Positions 50,196 to 62,775 of a stretch of DNA of 64,000 nt are shown here, in pieces. Below the pieces are notes generated by a model, which was given only the letters and a program-made list of their open reading frames with translations, made no database searches and was not told the origin of the DNA. The first letter of the stretch is position 1. Each line of letters starts with the position of its first letter. The position numbers and the translations under genes were made by a program. Source of the DNA: Octopus sinensis (Eukaryota); NCBI RefSeq assembly GCF_006345805.1, contig NC_043013.1, forward strand, positions 23,932,001 through 23,996,000. Direction: 5' to 3'.

Positions 50196-50780
50196 TCATC
50201 GTCATCATCATCACTATCATCAATATAGCTGCTTTTTCCACACTGACGTGGGTTGGACAGTTTGACATGAAGAGACGAGTGAGAGGACAGCACCAAGCTC
50301 TGATGTCTGTTTTGGTGTGGTTTCTACAGCTGGACACCCTTCCAAATCATTTCACACAGTGTACTGTGTGCTTTTTTCTATTTTTTGTGGCACCAGTACT
50401 GGTGAGGTCACCAAGTGCCTGCAAGACAAAACCTCTCCACTGAATATGGTATAGTAATGAAGGATATGGAAGTCTGGAGACAGGAGACAGGTGTTGAAGA
50501 GAGAGAGAGAGAGAGAGAAGTTTGTGGGATCAAGTACACAGTGAGTATGGAAAACAAGAATGGGATAGAGGAAGAGAAAAGGTGAGTGGGTAGGTAAAAT
50601 GTGCTCAGGTGAAAATAGTATGACAGATGATTAGAAACCCAGGATTTAGTTGGATACAGTGAATATCAGTTCAGTTAAGGGGAAGTGAAGGAAGAAAATA
50701 GGAGAGAGGAGGGCAGAGGTGACAAGAGACAGTCATAGGGATTCAATATGAGGTCTAGGGAGTGAAGTGGTATCTTTTAC
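50196..50780 (-). mobile_element. RTE copy of the pyrimidine-rich-3'UTR type
   Basis: Tail at 50196-50400, then CAAGACAAAACCTCTCCACTG and a purine-rich (+ strand) tract. Confidence 0.7.
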
Positions 50781-52070
50781 AACAGCCTGATAAGTAGTCT
50801 TGCAGTTAGAAGATTGATAGAGGGATGGATGTTAAAAGATGAGTTGTTGATCATACTCAAAGAAGCTACTGAGTCATCAAATGTCTTTAATTTTGCTCAT
50901 TTAGAGAGAGAGGGAGGTGGGGGGGGAGATAAGACTTTTTTAAATTGATTAACAAATCCTTCAAGAGCACAGTCAGTTAAAAGTGTTAATTTTTTTAAAT
51001 GAATTATAATTTTGTACTTATTAAATTAGAATGAGAGAGAGAGAGAGAGATTAAAATTTTTCTTTAGTATAATTTTGAGACACAATTTTATGTATGATAA
51101 AAGTTATAAACAAGGATAATTGCTTTAAGTGACATGTTTGATAATCCATTAGTTTCAGAAACAAAGTAACTAACAGCTGGTTAACACCCCCCCCCCCGCA
51201 TCCCTCTCCCTTCATCTTTATTACTTTAACCTGCTTTACTCTTAGTATTTTCCCTAGGGTTATGTTGTGTTTGCTCTTACCCCCTTTCTCTCATTATTTT
51301 AGCAATAGGTAATCGTTGCAAGTCTCTTTGGCTTAAGAGCATAGGACAGACAAAAGAGCTTGGATAGAGATAGTCTCCCCACTTTCTTACACGATGTTAA
51401 TAAAGCGCTGTGGTCTGTGGTGAGCAGTCCACTTCAGCAACATGTGCAGCTAGTGATAAACATTTTCTTTTTGTCCTTTGTCTAAACGGGAGATGTCTAG
51501 TGCTACGTATTTACATTCTGCTATTAATTTGGTTCCCATGTGAATTAGAAAACTATGTATCGAAACATTTATGAAATTCTTTCATAAATTTCTGAATTCA
51601 AAAAGTAGGAAGCAATTATCCATGCTGGTTGATTAATTTACGTACTGCATGAATGTGGCAAGTAATTTTTATATCTTCGTTTTATTTGTTTTGAGGATGA
51701 TTCCTAGGTATTATTTAATGGTGTTTTTTTTATATATTTTTTGTAAAGTTTTTAATGTTGCTAGATAACTAGAAAAAACAAAAGTTGGTTTCAATAGAGA
51801 TATAAAGAGAAGTCAGTGAAATCTGAAAATATAAATACACATAGATGATCAAAGGAACATTCTCTAATAGTCTCCCTCTCTATTCCATCTCTCTCTCTCT
51901 CATAATTACGTGTGCTTTTATGCATATGTCCATATGAGAAATTCTCTCAAGGTAATTAACACAGTTTTCTGTGTTCTATCACAACATCCACATTAAGTTG
52001 GAGATCAAAATCTTTTGGTATTAATACTACTTCTGTCATTATTAATTATTTGTGTATATATGTGTGTGTG

Positions 52071-52111
<41 letters not shown>

Positions 52112-52193
52112 GTATATATATACATAAATACACACACACACACGTATATATATATCTATATTTATATCTATCTGTATATATATACATAAATAC

Positions 52194-52241
<48 letters not shown>

Positions 52242-52263
52242 TTATATATATATATCTATATTT

Positions 52264-52298
52264 GCAGCTCTGAGCTGAAACTAGAAAAAGAAAATAAA
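52264..52298 (+). mobile_element. Ultra-short CR1 3'-end insertion
   Basis: GCAGCTCTGAGCTGAAACTAGAAAAA matches the minus-strand tail at 47672-47697 with one mismatch, and the flanks are duplicated. Confidence 0.65.
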
Positions 52299-52352
52299 TA
52301 TATATATATATCTTATATATATCTATATTTATATCTATCTGTATATATATAC

Positions 52353-52420
<68 letters not shown>

Positions 52421-52722
52421 TAAGCAATAAAGGGTTTAGCAACGAATTGCCTTACCACATACCGAATTTAGAAATAGCAGTCAAAGAGTTATAGCTATTT
52501 CTTCTACTAAAAAGGGAGATCTCAGTAAAAACAGCAATTGGAAGGCAGACACAAACAGGTAAGAGAGAATGAATTGACGGCAATCTATCATACAATTTTA
52601 AGTTATCTACGATATATATATATATAGGGAAAGTTTACGAAAAAAACAAAAGACGAAGACCGGTGGTGTACAAAACAAACAGATGTATTAGTATTAGTAT
52701 AAAGCTCAGGAATAGAAAAAGT

Positions 52723-52758
52723 CTTTTACGTTTCGCCCCTGCACTCTTCTACAGAAAG
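52723..52758 (-). ncRNA. Second degenerate minimal hammerhead-like motif
   Basis: Minus strand CTTT-CTGTAGA-AGAGTGCAGGGGC-GAAA-CGTA-AAAG. Stem I and GAAACGTA are intact, while stem II and core A6 are altered. Confidence 0.4.
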
Positions 52759-52863
52759 GTACACAGAAAAAACAAGGAGAGAAAAAAATGTGTGTAGTAG
52801 CTAATGATCTATCATATCTTTATTTATATCTATCATATCTTTATATTTATATCTATCTATCTA

Positions 52864-52939
<76 letters not shown>

Positions 52940-53004
52940 CATATATATATCTTTATATATATCTATATTTATATCCATCTATCTGTATATAAATACATAA
53001 ATAA

Positions 53005-53052
<48 letters not shown>

Positions 53053-55661
53053 TTGTATATACATATAGCTGGTTACATTAGATGATCAGAGTAGTAATGG
53101 AGAGTAATAGTAACACTATAATAAATACTCTCTACTTTTATATTCAGAATTGGTTTTTGAGTTAGAAATCCAGATGTACACGATGCATGACTTTGGATCA
53201 ATGGAACTTGGGTAGATTTGCATGTTGTCTAGTTTAATACTAGCAACTCGCACATGTTGGGTGACTTAAGCAGAACCCACTCTGTTGCAAGCTTGTTTTC
53301 AGTCAGAGGGTGAGTGTCTCTCTCTCTCTCACCAGTCTCAGAGGTCCTAGAAACGCACTACCTTAACTCTTCTGACTAATCTAAACAATATGACCCAAGG
53401 CAGCTACTTGTGGTCTCTGTGTCAGTAGCTAGTGAATATAAACAATTCAAAAGTGAAGTAAATTGATTTGCCATCAGAAAGAGAAGAAATCTAACCTTTT
53501 GGCCAATCTCACATAAAATACTGCTTGAAGCTTTACAGTTTTTCTCTTCCTTATGGCTGCCAACCAATTTATTTCACTTTGGTGCTTTTGTTACTGGTTC
53601 TTGGTCAGAAGAGTTCTATGTCTATTTAAACCCATTGAGGTACTCTACCTATTTGTTATTAACTGTTGGGCAACTTCAAGGTAATATTATTCTTCATGAC
53701 TTTCAGAATGAATGTACTTCCCTAAATCAGTAGCACTTTGGGGTCCCCACTTTTGAAAACATTGCCCCCTAAACTACATGGAAATTCTTCATTTATTAAT
53801 AATTTCCTTGAAGATGTGGCTCACAATAATTGAAAATCAATTGAATAAACTTTACAGGATTGAAATTAGCCTTGCGTTATAGAAATATGTTATCATCTCA
53901 TAACACTACATAGATATTGGTATATATTTGTATATTAGAATGTATTTTTTGTTGCAGTATAATATCCTAATTGAGGCTGTGTTCGTCAGCATAGTGAAGG
54001 AAGTAATTTTTTCTTTAACTTTGGACAATGTGTATTATTGTAATAAGTATTACAGGATAGGTCTAATATAAGTAGTTGATAATAATAGTACTTTTAGGTT
54101 TTGAATGTGACCTTGACAAGAAAAAAAAATCTTTTCTCTCCCATGATTTGATTTAACAAATTTATTTACTATACAACACATTCATTCTAAATTTCATGAG
54201 TCCTTTAAATAAATTAGCATTACGTTACTTACTGATAAGAAATTAGGAAGTTAGGCTGTTTCAGAAAGTCCCTTTGTGAATTCTGTTTAGACTAATATTT
54301 TCTGGTAAATACCATTCACAAGCATATTTATGCACTATTCATTAAATGTTTCAAAATTGAACAACACATCCTGTTCCAATCTTTGTGTGGTTGGTAAAAT
54401 GTAAAAAAAGAAAAAAGGAAATAACAACATTTTCATTTGGTTTATAACTCGTTATTTCAATAAATTCGTTCTTATGTATTTCTAAGATTAAATTTTGAAT
54501 GCTACTTTTTCAAAACAATCAGAACCATTTGTTTACATTTTAGGATTAAAGTTATAAAAGTTAAGATTATAAATTGTTGAGATAACGATATCTTGATACA
54601 TTTTTTTTTTACATGTAACTAGAATTCAGACTGACATAATTTGACCCTTTTGATGTTGTCTCAGCTGAGGCAGTCCTTGATTCTGAGAGACAAACTTCCT
54701 CCTATAAAAGGATATAAACTAAAACCCTTAATTCAAATTTTATGTCGATATAGGTTCCAAGCACCGGCTTAATAATAACGTTATTTTACTGAATACTTCA
54801 TTATTTTCAAAATTGGTTGAAACAAACACAGTGTATTCAACAAAAATATGACAATGAAAGGCTGAATTTAAATCCAGATTAGTCTTTTCTGTTCAAACTA
54901 GCAATGTTCTCCACTGCTCTCTCTCTCTGTCTCTCTCTTTTTTTCTTTTCTTTTTTTTGGGGCAGTATGTATTTCTTGTTATCTTACATTGATCTTTTCT
55001 CCAAAAGACTTGCTGGAAAATGTCCATTATCAGATCAGATATTAGATAATACTATTTGTCTTTCAGGTTCCCATATTGCTAGAACTATCAGAGTAATCCT
55101 TCGCACACTGGGCCCCGTGAATTTCATACATAATTGTGTGACCTACATTACAATGCTTCACTTTTGAAACTTGTAGTCCATCCCAAAAGAAAAGAAATTC
55201 TATGAAACAACCCAAACTTGCTTAAAGAAAAGAAAGGGCCGAATCTCAGGAGAATCAAACTCCATAGCCTAGGAAAGCTGTAGATTCTCAGAAAGAGATG
55301 CAGTTTCCTCCCTCCAACAGCAAGCTTCGCATTTTCCATTCCCTGTCCTGCTTTTTGCTCTTCTTGTATTTCTACTAAGATGGGTTTGAACCTGAATGTT
55401 TAGAGTTGCAATGAAGCGATCATTTGATTGGTTGATAGTAGCCACTTAAGATTAAATTAAGCTACTACTTCATTAAAAGCCGAAGGAAACGGCAAAACTG
55501 AAAGGAACATAAAACATTCTATTGTTTAATGATTGATTTATTTTGCAAAAAGACAAGTCTTAAATTCTTTCTTGCTCCTTTCCTTATTTCTTGAAACCTT
55601 TTTGTCCTTACCACTAGCTCGTGACATTTTTGGTTTTCTTTAGGCGAGTTCATATCATTAG

Positions 55662-57219
55662 TGATACGAACAGGTTTGTAACATCTCACTCACTTATTGG
55701 GAACTTTTAAGGTGTAGCTTGTTCTTCTCTTTTTTTGTCTTTAAGAAAAGATTTTATTCAGTGTGAGAAGGAGTTTTGTGAAATACATAATCAAATAAAC
55801 TGCTGAAAAGAGAAAATAAAAGAAAATATTTTCTGAAGATTAGAAAATGATGACTATTACTAAATTTAATTAGTCCTTACTAGTTCATCCTGGGTTAAAA
55901 ATGATGTAAATAAAGTCATTAAGTTTACCCTTTCATAACCAGTTCAAATAAATGAACGTTGAACAAAAATATAGAAACAACAGTCACCAACATTTTCTGT
56001 TGGTATCTTTGATCATAGCAGAATTTAATGAAACTTTCTATGAATTTCTTCCTTTTTGTTTCAGATATCAGGATCTTCCTCTAAAGATCTGATGTCTAGA
56101 GAGAAAGATATGAGAGAAAAGGGTGAAAAAGGTGATCGCCGACAGAAAGAGAAATCGGACAGTGGACCACCATCGACAGATATGCAGGTAGATAACTGCT
56201 TTTTTAAGTGTAGCCCATACAAATGTTTTGTATCTCTTATTTTATATAACATCAGTATTTATCTAAATATAACAAAATTTTGAGCATGATTCAAATTTTT
56301 GTTACAATCCTTCTATACAGTTTATATTCAATTTAAAGTCTGATTGACCAGGCTGCAATTTTTAATTGTATTTTTTATTGTAACTAAAAATTACAAATAT
56401 TTTATGTATTGAGAGATTGTGATTAATTTCCTCTCTTGTAAAATTAATGAAGACGGGAAACAATATTTTGATTAAAGCATATGAAATGGTGTAGTGTACT
56501 GAAAAGAAGAAAGTAAATAAATATAGCTTGATATCAGAGATAATCTCTTGCTGAAGAAAAGATTTTTTTCTTCCCCTTTCAATCTCACTAATTTGTTGAT
56601 AATCGTCAGCTAATCTAATACTCAACAATTGTATGGGGCAGATGCCAATCTCTAAATACTAAGTTGGCTGAAAGGAAAGCGAGAATCATACTTTGGCCCA
56701 TCTTTCATTACTGAATGAATTTTATGGTTTGCATTCAGTGTATACATTAGACTGTGATTCAATTAGTTTACTATAATAATAAATGAAATTATTGAAATAC
56801 AGGAAAGACATTTCATTTCACATTCTGATTCATTATTGACTCTTGCACTAATTTGAACAATGTTTCATGAAGTTGGAAGAAGATCTGAAGAGTTAACACT
56901 TATCGTCATACTGTTTCTTTCCTCAGACAACTACTTGGTTTACAATCTCTAAGCCTGTTACTTTTCATAGCTGATATGAACTGGCTTGTAACATCTCCCT
57001 TACTTATGGGAAACTTTTAAGGAGTAGCTTGTTCTTCCTTTTTTTTTTTTTTTCCTTTTTTTTTTGTTTCTTAAGAAAAGATTTTATTCAATGTGAGAAG
57101 GAGTTTTGTGAAATATATAATCAAATAAAATGCTGAAAAGAGAAAATAAAAGAAAATCTTTCCTGAAAATGATGACTATTACTAAATTTAATTAGTCCTT
57201 ACTAATTCATCTTGGGTTA
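55662..57219. repeat. Direct repeat pair (55662-55897 and 56972-57219)
   Basis: Long near-identical runs such as AAGAAAAGATTTTATTCA-TGTGAGAAGGAGTTTTGTGAAATA and ATGATGACTATTACTAAATTTAATTAGTCCTTACTA. Confidence 0.9.
56065..56187 (+). CDS. AGAP1: Probable AGAP linker exon, 123 nt, phase 0-0, charged
   Basis: Strong acceptor TTTCTTCCTTTTTGTTTCAG and donor CAG/GTAGAT. Open in the frame left by the previous exon: ISGSSSKDLMSREKDMREKGEKGDRRQKEKSDSGPPSTDMQ. GC/CpG-richer than the flanks. No homology recognised. Confidence 0.6.
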
Positions 57220-57984
57220 CAAATTAATAAAGTAACTCATCTTGGTGGGTAATTTTGGTAGTTATAACTGCCACAATGCCAATATGTAGTACAGTTCTTA
57301 TGTTCCTTTGATTTATTTTGATACTTTCTTTTCTGTACAAAGTCTGAAATTTCACATTACTTTTCAATTAACCTTTGCTTGATATTGAAAAAAAAAATTG
57401 TTTTCAAATGTTAATCATTTTAAACATATACAAATTAGAGTCTTATTCAAGTTTATATAATTCAGAATATATTTCAATGTGCACCAGTACATTTCATTGA
57501 TGAAGTTATGACAGTTTTGTTTAAATTCAGACTTTGTTTATTTTGTTTTATGTAACTCTTTGTGAAGGTATCTATTCACAATTTTTCATTTGTCATAAAA
57601 TGAAAGAATAAAAAGAAAGAAAATACTTGTCAAGTTTTACTTGTATACCAATAAGATTTGATTTGCTAGTACGACTTGGCATGTTCCTAGTATTCATTAG
57701 TAAACGATATAATAATGTGCCACTGAACTGAAAGTTATAAAATATTTAATATTAATGATTGGATTTGTGCATGAGTATCTATGTCAGTCTAATGTGCTTC
57801 TTTCAGTGCTTCTATATGACAAACATTTGAAGAAATCAACTCTTGTTTCTTTTCTCCTTTCTACTGGTGGTACTTAGTTCTTTCAACTCTGTCTCTCTTT
57901 CTAAATGTTGTAGATGTCTGTGTTGAAACAGTATAGCATTGAAATAATATTTGTATACATGCGCATGTGTTTGTGTGTGTATGT

Positions 57985-58002
57985 CTATGTATGTGTGTTT
58001 TT

Positions 58003-58035
<33 letters not shown>

Positions 58036-58049
58036 TATATATATATATT

Positions 58050-58111
<62 letters not shown>

Positions 58112-58121
58112 TATATATATA
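57985..58121. repeat. (TA)n microsatellite
   Basis: Directly visible. Confidence 0.95.
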
Positions 58122-59146
58122 GATTGTGTGAATAGATGCACACACACACAGAGGCATATACAAGCTTACAAACACACAACTGCATACAGTTTGATAATTC
58201 TTGCTCTAAGTGTGTTGTCTTTGTTCTTGACATCTACTCTGGAGTGCCAAACTATTGCATGTCGGCTGCTCTAACCTAGCTTGGGTATTCATTATTCTCT
58301 CTAGAATTTTGTAGACGAAAATCTAATTATTGATGCTATTTTGTTAATATGTGTGATTTTTAACATAAAAACATTGAAATATTCTGCCATGCCATACTTG
58401 ATTTCTTATTTTGTCTAAACAGCTTTTGAATGTACCACTGTTCATACAAGTAAGATATCTGCAGTTTTTGGTTTCTCTATTAGACTGAATATGTGTTATT
58501 GGTGTTTTCATCAATTATGCTCTCATAAATACACATTTATTAATCAAGAATTCAGAGTATACAAAATGAGCTTCTCTTGCTAATCTTCAAAATATTTGCC
58601 TTTTTATAACTTGCTAAACTTAGTAAACAGTTTTTAGGCCTAAATATGAGCAATTGCTAAATGTTGAATTGGATTTAATGATTAAATCTTTTAATCTCTG
58701 CTAGTATTGATATTTAACTAATTCATTATTTACTTCACTAAGTTTTTCCTAATTAATTTCATGCAACACTGCCTAAATTCTAAAGTAATCCAACTGCAGG
58801 GAGTCTATGTCATAGTTTTAAATCACTTTGTTAACATTTTTATTTAATTTTATAACACTTGTATATTTAGGGATATTAACTGCATAATATGCTTCACCGT
58901 ATCTTAAAATAAGTTAAAATTATAAAATATATTTTTAAATGTTCCCTTTATTTACTAAAACTCCTTCATTTTGAAACACTTAATGTAAGATTGTTATATT
59001 TAAGCTATTTGTCATTCTTTTATGATGAAGTAGTTTATTTTGTTCAGATGTTTCCATATGTAACTCAGTTGTAAGAGTAGTTACACTCCATAATAACAAT
59101 AATAATAATAATAATAATAACAACAATAATTTATGTACATTCTTAA

Positions 59147-60249
59147 CCCTTTCGTTACTATATTTCTGACCAAAATACACCCCTCATGAGTTTCAATTAA
59201 ATTCTAAAATAATCATGAATCTAGGCTTGTTTCGTTAAATAACTAACTTTTTTACTTATCAACATATTAATGTGATATTTGGAACATAATTAAAGAAAGG
59301 GTTCTTAATCAATTCTATTGCATAACTTTTGTCTCAAAGTGACTTTAATTACTGGTAAATCCAGGTAAATTGAGCAAAAGGTAAAAATATTAAAATTTTA
59401 AAATGAGCAAAAGGTAAAAATATAAAAATTTTGTTTAAACATCACCATAGAAAATGAATCATCAGCTAATATTCAAATGGGTATGCAACAAAATTTTGAT
59501 AAAGAAGAATTGTGCACATCACTATATCATCAGTTGAATTTAATGCACAACAGGTGTACCATAAAGGTGGAATAAACTGAAATATTGGAATCCACCGTAA
59601 GTTTGACCGAACTAAAGAAATCGGTCAAAAAATAATATACGGCCCTGGTTATGGTATGGAAGTGATAAATTCCAGACCACATCGTTCCCTAGGCTATGCT
59701 GACTAACATTATTTTCCCTGTATAAAAACTAAATCCACGCAGTACCCAGTATTTGCTTCACAAATTTTCTGAAATTTGAACCCCCATTTTGTGTTTGTTT
59801 ACAATCTGCGTAAGTTTGTTTCCGCATTGATCGCTTCAAACAATAACTTCCAGACCACATCATACCCTAAGCCATGCTGACTAACATTAGTTTCCCTGTA
59901 TAAAAACTAAATCCACAACAGTACCCAGTATTTGTTTCACAAATTTTCCAATTCGGAATCAATGCTTGATAACATGAAACTCCTATCTATTTTCAAAGTT
60001 GAAGAAAAATCGATGTGGAAAAAAATCTCCCAAAATTCAGGGAATTAAAATTACACGTCGATCTTTATACAAAACTGTAGATGAACTGTTTACGAAGCAT
60101 AATCATGTGTTTTCACGAATGTACTAAAGAGATTTGCTCTGATATTCTCATTTAAATATGAATAGGTAAATTCGGGCGGGTTTGGGCGGTTTGGTCACAT
60201 TAACCAAAATTTTTTTCGGGCGGCTTTGGGCAGTTTGGTAACGAAAGGG
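59147..60249. mobile_element. Non-autonomous piggyBac-type element, 1103 bp
   Basis: TTAA|CCCTTTCGTTAC ... GTAACGAAAGGG|TTAA: perfect 12-bp TIRs and TTAA TSD. No transposase ORF. Confidence 0.85.
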
Positions 60250-61293
60250 TTAATGTAATATGTCCATACACATTGAGTAGCTATTCCTCATCCTTTCACC
60301 ACCATGCTACCTGTACAATCTTAATTTTATTACCAACCAAAGCACAGTTTTCATTTTCCTCTTATTATGATACAACAAAATATTGACTGCATGTTATAAA
60401 AAAAAAAAAAAAAGGTAAATGAATAAAGAAGCAAGATACAGTTATACAAATTACACTTCCTTGAAGCAGCTCTGGTTCATCTGAAGCAATCACTTTGTAT
60501 TTGTCAGCTGTATTATTATTCTTGATGTAGGTTTGTTGTCCTCTTGCAATTCTGTCTTTTAAACTTTTTGAAAGTGATTTATGACAAAACAATAAACCCT
60601 TGCCAAGGTGTGCTGATCCTTATATTTATAGCTTTAAACAAAGTGATTGCAGAATGGTAATGATGTTTCAATTATTTCTGCTTTTTGTATGAGTTACATT
60701 GGATTCCATTATTAGTTTTCCAACTAGGTATGTCTTTCAAGTCTTTGAGACAGTTGTGATTTGTTTTTTTTTTTTGTTTTGATTTTAATTTTATCATTTC
60801 TGTTGTTATTTCTTTAATTTTGTCTCAACACTTATTCAAGTCCAGCCAAAGAGTTGTCTAGTTTCCAGCAATTCATCTCCTTTCCACCAGTTTCTGATAT
60901 ATCAAATATATCAATCATTATTTTCACAATGGCACTCTTTCAATTTGTTTCTGTGGATTAAAGGCTAATTCATAATTAATACTACAAACTTTAACTAGAT
61001 AACAATGAGAAAAATAGTTTGATATAAATCTCTTGTGTATTTAAACACATGTCGACATTTCTTATCATATTTTAATGACTGGAACAACTAGTGGACTCTT
61101 AGAAATTTCTATTCCAATATTTATGAAGAAATGTTACAAGTTGCTATTAATGTGTAACTTTTTTTGAAATTTGTTTGCATGTATTTGCTGCTGTTGATTT
61201 GAGAGTGTCTTATGAGGAAACTTGTGCTGGTTGTTCTGTTGAAAATACCTTATTTTAATGACAATGCATGCTGCATGCTACTTTTATTTTTAG

Positions 61294-61392
61294 GATTCTA
61301 AGTTGGATTTCAGGGTTGCGCCTGGTTCAACACCAGTTGCTGTCCGCAAGAACAAACGAACACCTTCTGTACACAAGTCCAACTCCTTCAGT
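61294..61392 (+). CDS. AGAP1: Probable AGAP linker exon, 99 nt, phase 0-0
   Basis: CTTTTATTTTTAG acceptor and AGT/GTAAGT donor. DSKLDFRVAPGSTPVAVRKNKRTPSVHKSNSFS resembles the TP..VRK..KR segment that precedes the AGAP PH domain. Confidence 0.65.
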
Positions 61393-61655
61393 GTAAGTTT
61401 CTCTCTCACATATCTTCTATCTTAATCTATTTTTTTAATATTAATCTAAATGAAAAATTTTCTTTCTTCTTTTGAAAAAGCAACCCCTCCCCCCCTTGGC
61501 CATCAACTTGAGCAAAGCAGTTTTAGTGGCTGAACTATATTCCGTCCCTAATTAGCTGCTTCACAGAAAGTAATTTAAATCACTGATGTTAGAATGCCCA
61601 GTGAAAATCTGAAACTCTTTGAGATAATAGAATGAGAGAGAAAGAGAGAGAGAGA

Positions 61656-61698
<43 letters not shown>

Positions 61699-62584
61699 AC
61701 CAGTAAAAGATAAAATGTGCACACATGCTTCATTCTCTCCTTTTTACTAATTTCAGTCATTGTTTTGTGGCCATGCTGAAGCACCACCTAATATAAATTT
61801 TCTTTGTTATAATCCTTAAATATTTTCCAATAACTATTTAGTTATCTAAGGAATTTCCCTCCTCTTCTAAATAAACTTGTTCTTTATTTAGATAGTCATA
61901 GTATTTTTTAAAATAAGCAACACAGAATGTTTTTCTGAATTTATCATTTACTCAAATTTTATTCCAAAGAAAGTCTGTAAAAGTCGTAGCAATTTGATGA
62001 TTCAACATAATCATATTATCTGTGTAATTAGATCTTTTTCTATATAACTATTGTAATTTTTAAATAATTATTGTATATCATAATATACAATATCTTTTGA
62101 AACGACAAGCTTTGACAAAACCTCACTGGAAGAAGTAAAACTATAAAAACAGTTAAACTTTAAATGTTTTCTAATTTCCTCGGTTTTTTTTTCTTTTAAA
62201 AACATACTAAAAATTGTTTTTGAAAATTTTTCACAATTTCCTAAGGAACATGAGCCAATTAGATATATTTCTGCTGAAAAATATTTGTAAATAGAAAAAC
62301 TCATTCTTTGAGTTCTCTGTCTTACAGAACAGAATTTTTGTTTTTTAATAATTAAAATTGGGAGATGAATACATAGAAATGTCAAAATTTGTCAGTGATG
62401 GAACAATTAATAATATTCGTAAAATGAAAACAAAATTTTGTCCCTCTGTAAAAATGAAATGAAAAGGGCTTGAAAAATCAAGGTCATTTGGGATATGCAG
62501 CAAAAGTTAATAAACTAAAGACTTTTGTATTTTCTACTTTATTGATAGTGTTGTGTCCATGTCATAATTAATTTACAAATTAAA

Positions 62585-62775
62585 GGGGAGAACTAGCAGA
62601 ATTAGCAGATTGGATAAAATGCTTAGCAGCACTTTTTGCAGATTTACATTCTAAGTTCTAATTCTGCCAAGGTCATCTTTACTTTCATCAGTTTCAGGTC
62701 AATGAAATAAGTGTCATTTGAGAACTGGGGATGATGTCATTGGCTGGCCCTCTCCCACTAAAATGTCAAGCCTTT
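62585..62775 (+). mobile_element. Decayed type B SINE
   Basis: GATAAAATGCTTAGC...TTCTAAGTTCTAATTCTGCCAAGGTCA...TTTCATC aligns to 21891-22102. Confidence 0.55.

Larger units (their letters stand above)
52050..53060. repeat. (TA)n arrays with a recurring ATATCTATATTTATATCTATCTGTATATATATACATAAAT unit
   Basis: The unit recurs at about 52152, 52319 and 52961. Confidence 0.9.

Noticed and set aside
55067-55330. Candidate extra exon after acceptor TTTGTCTTTCAG
   Set aside because: Stops occur in all three frames (frame 0 after 9 codons) and no convincing donor precedes them.
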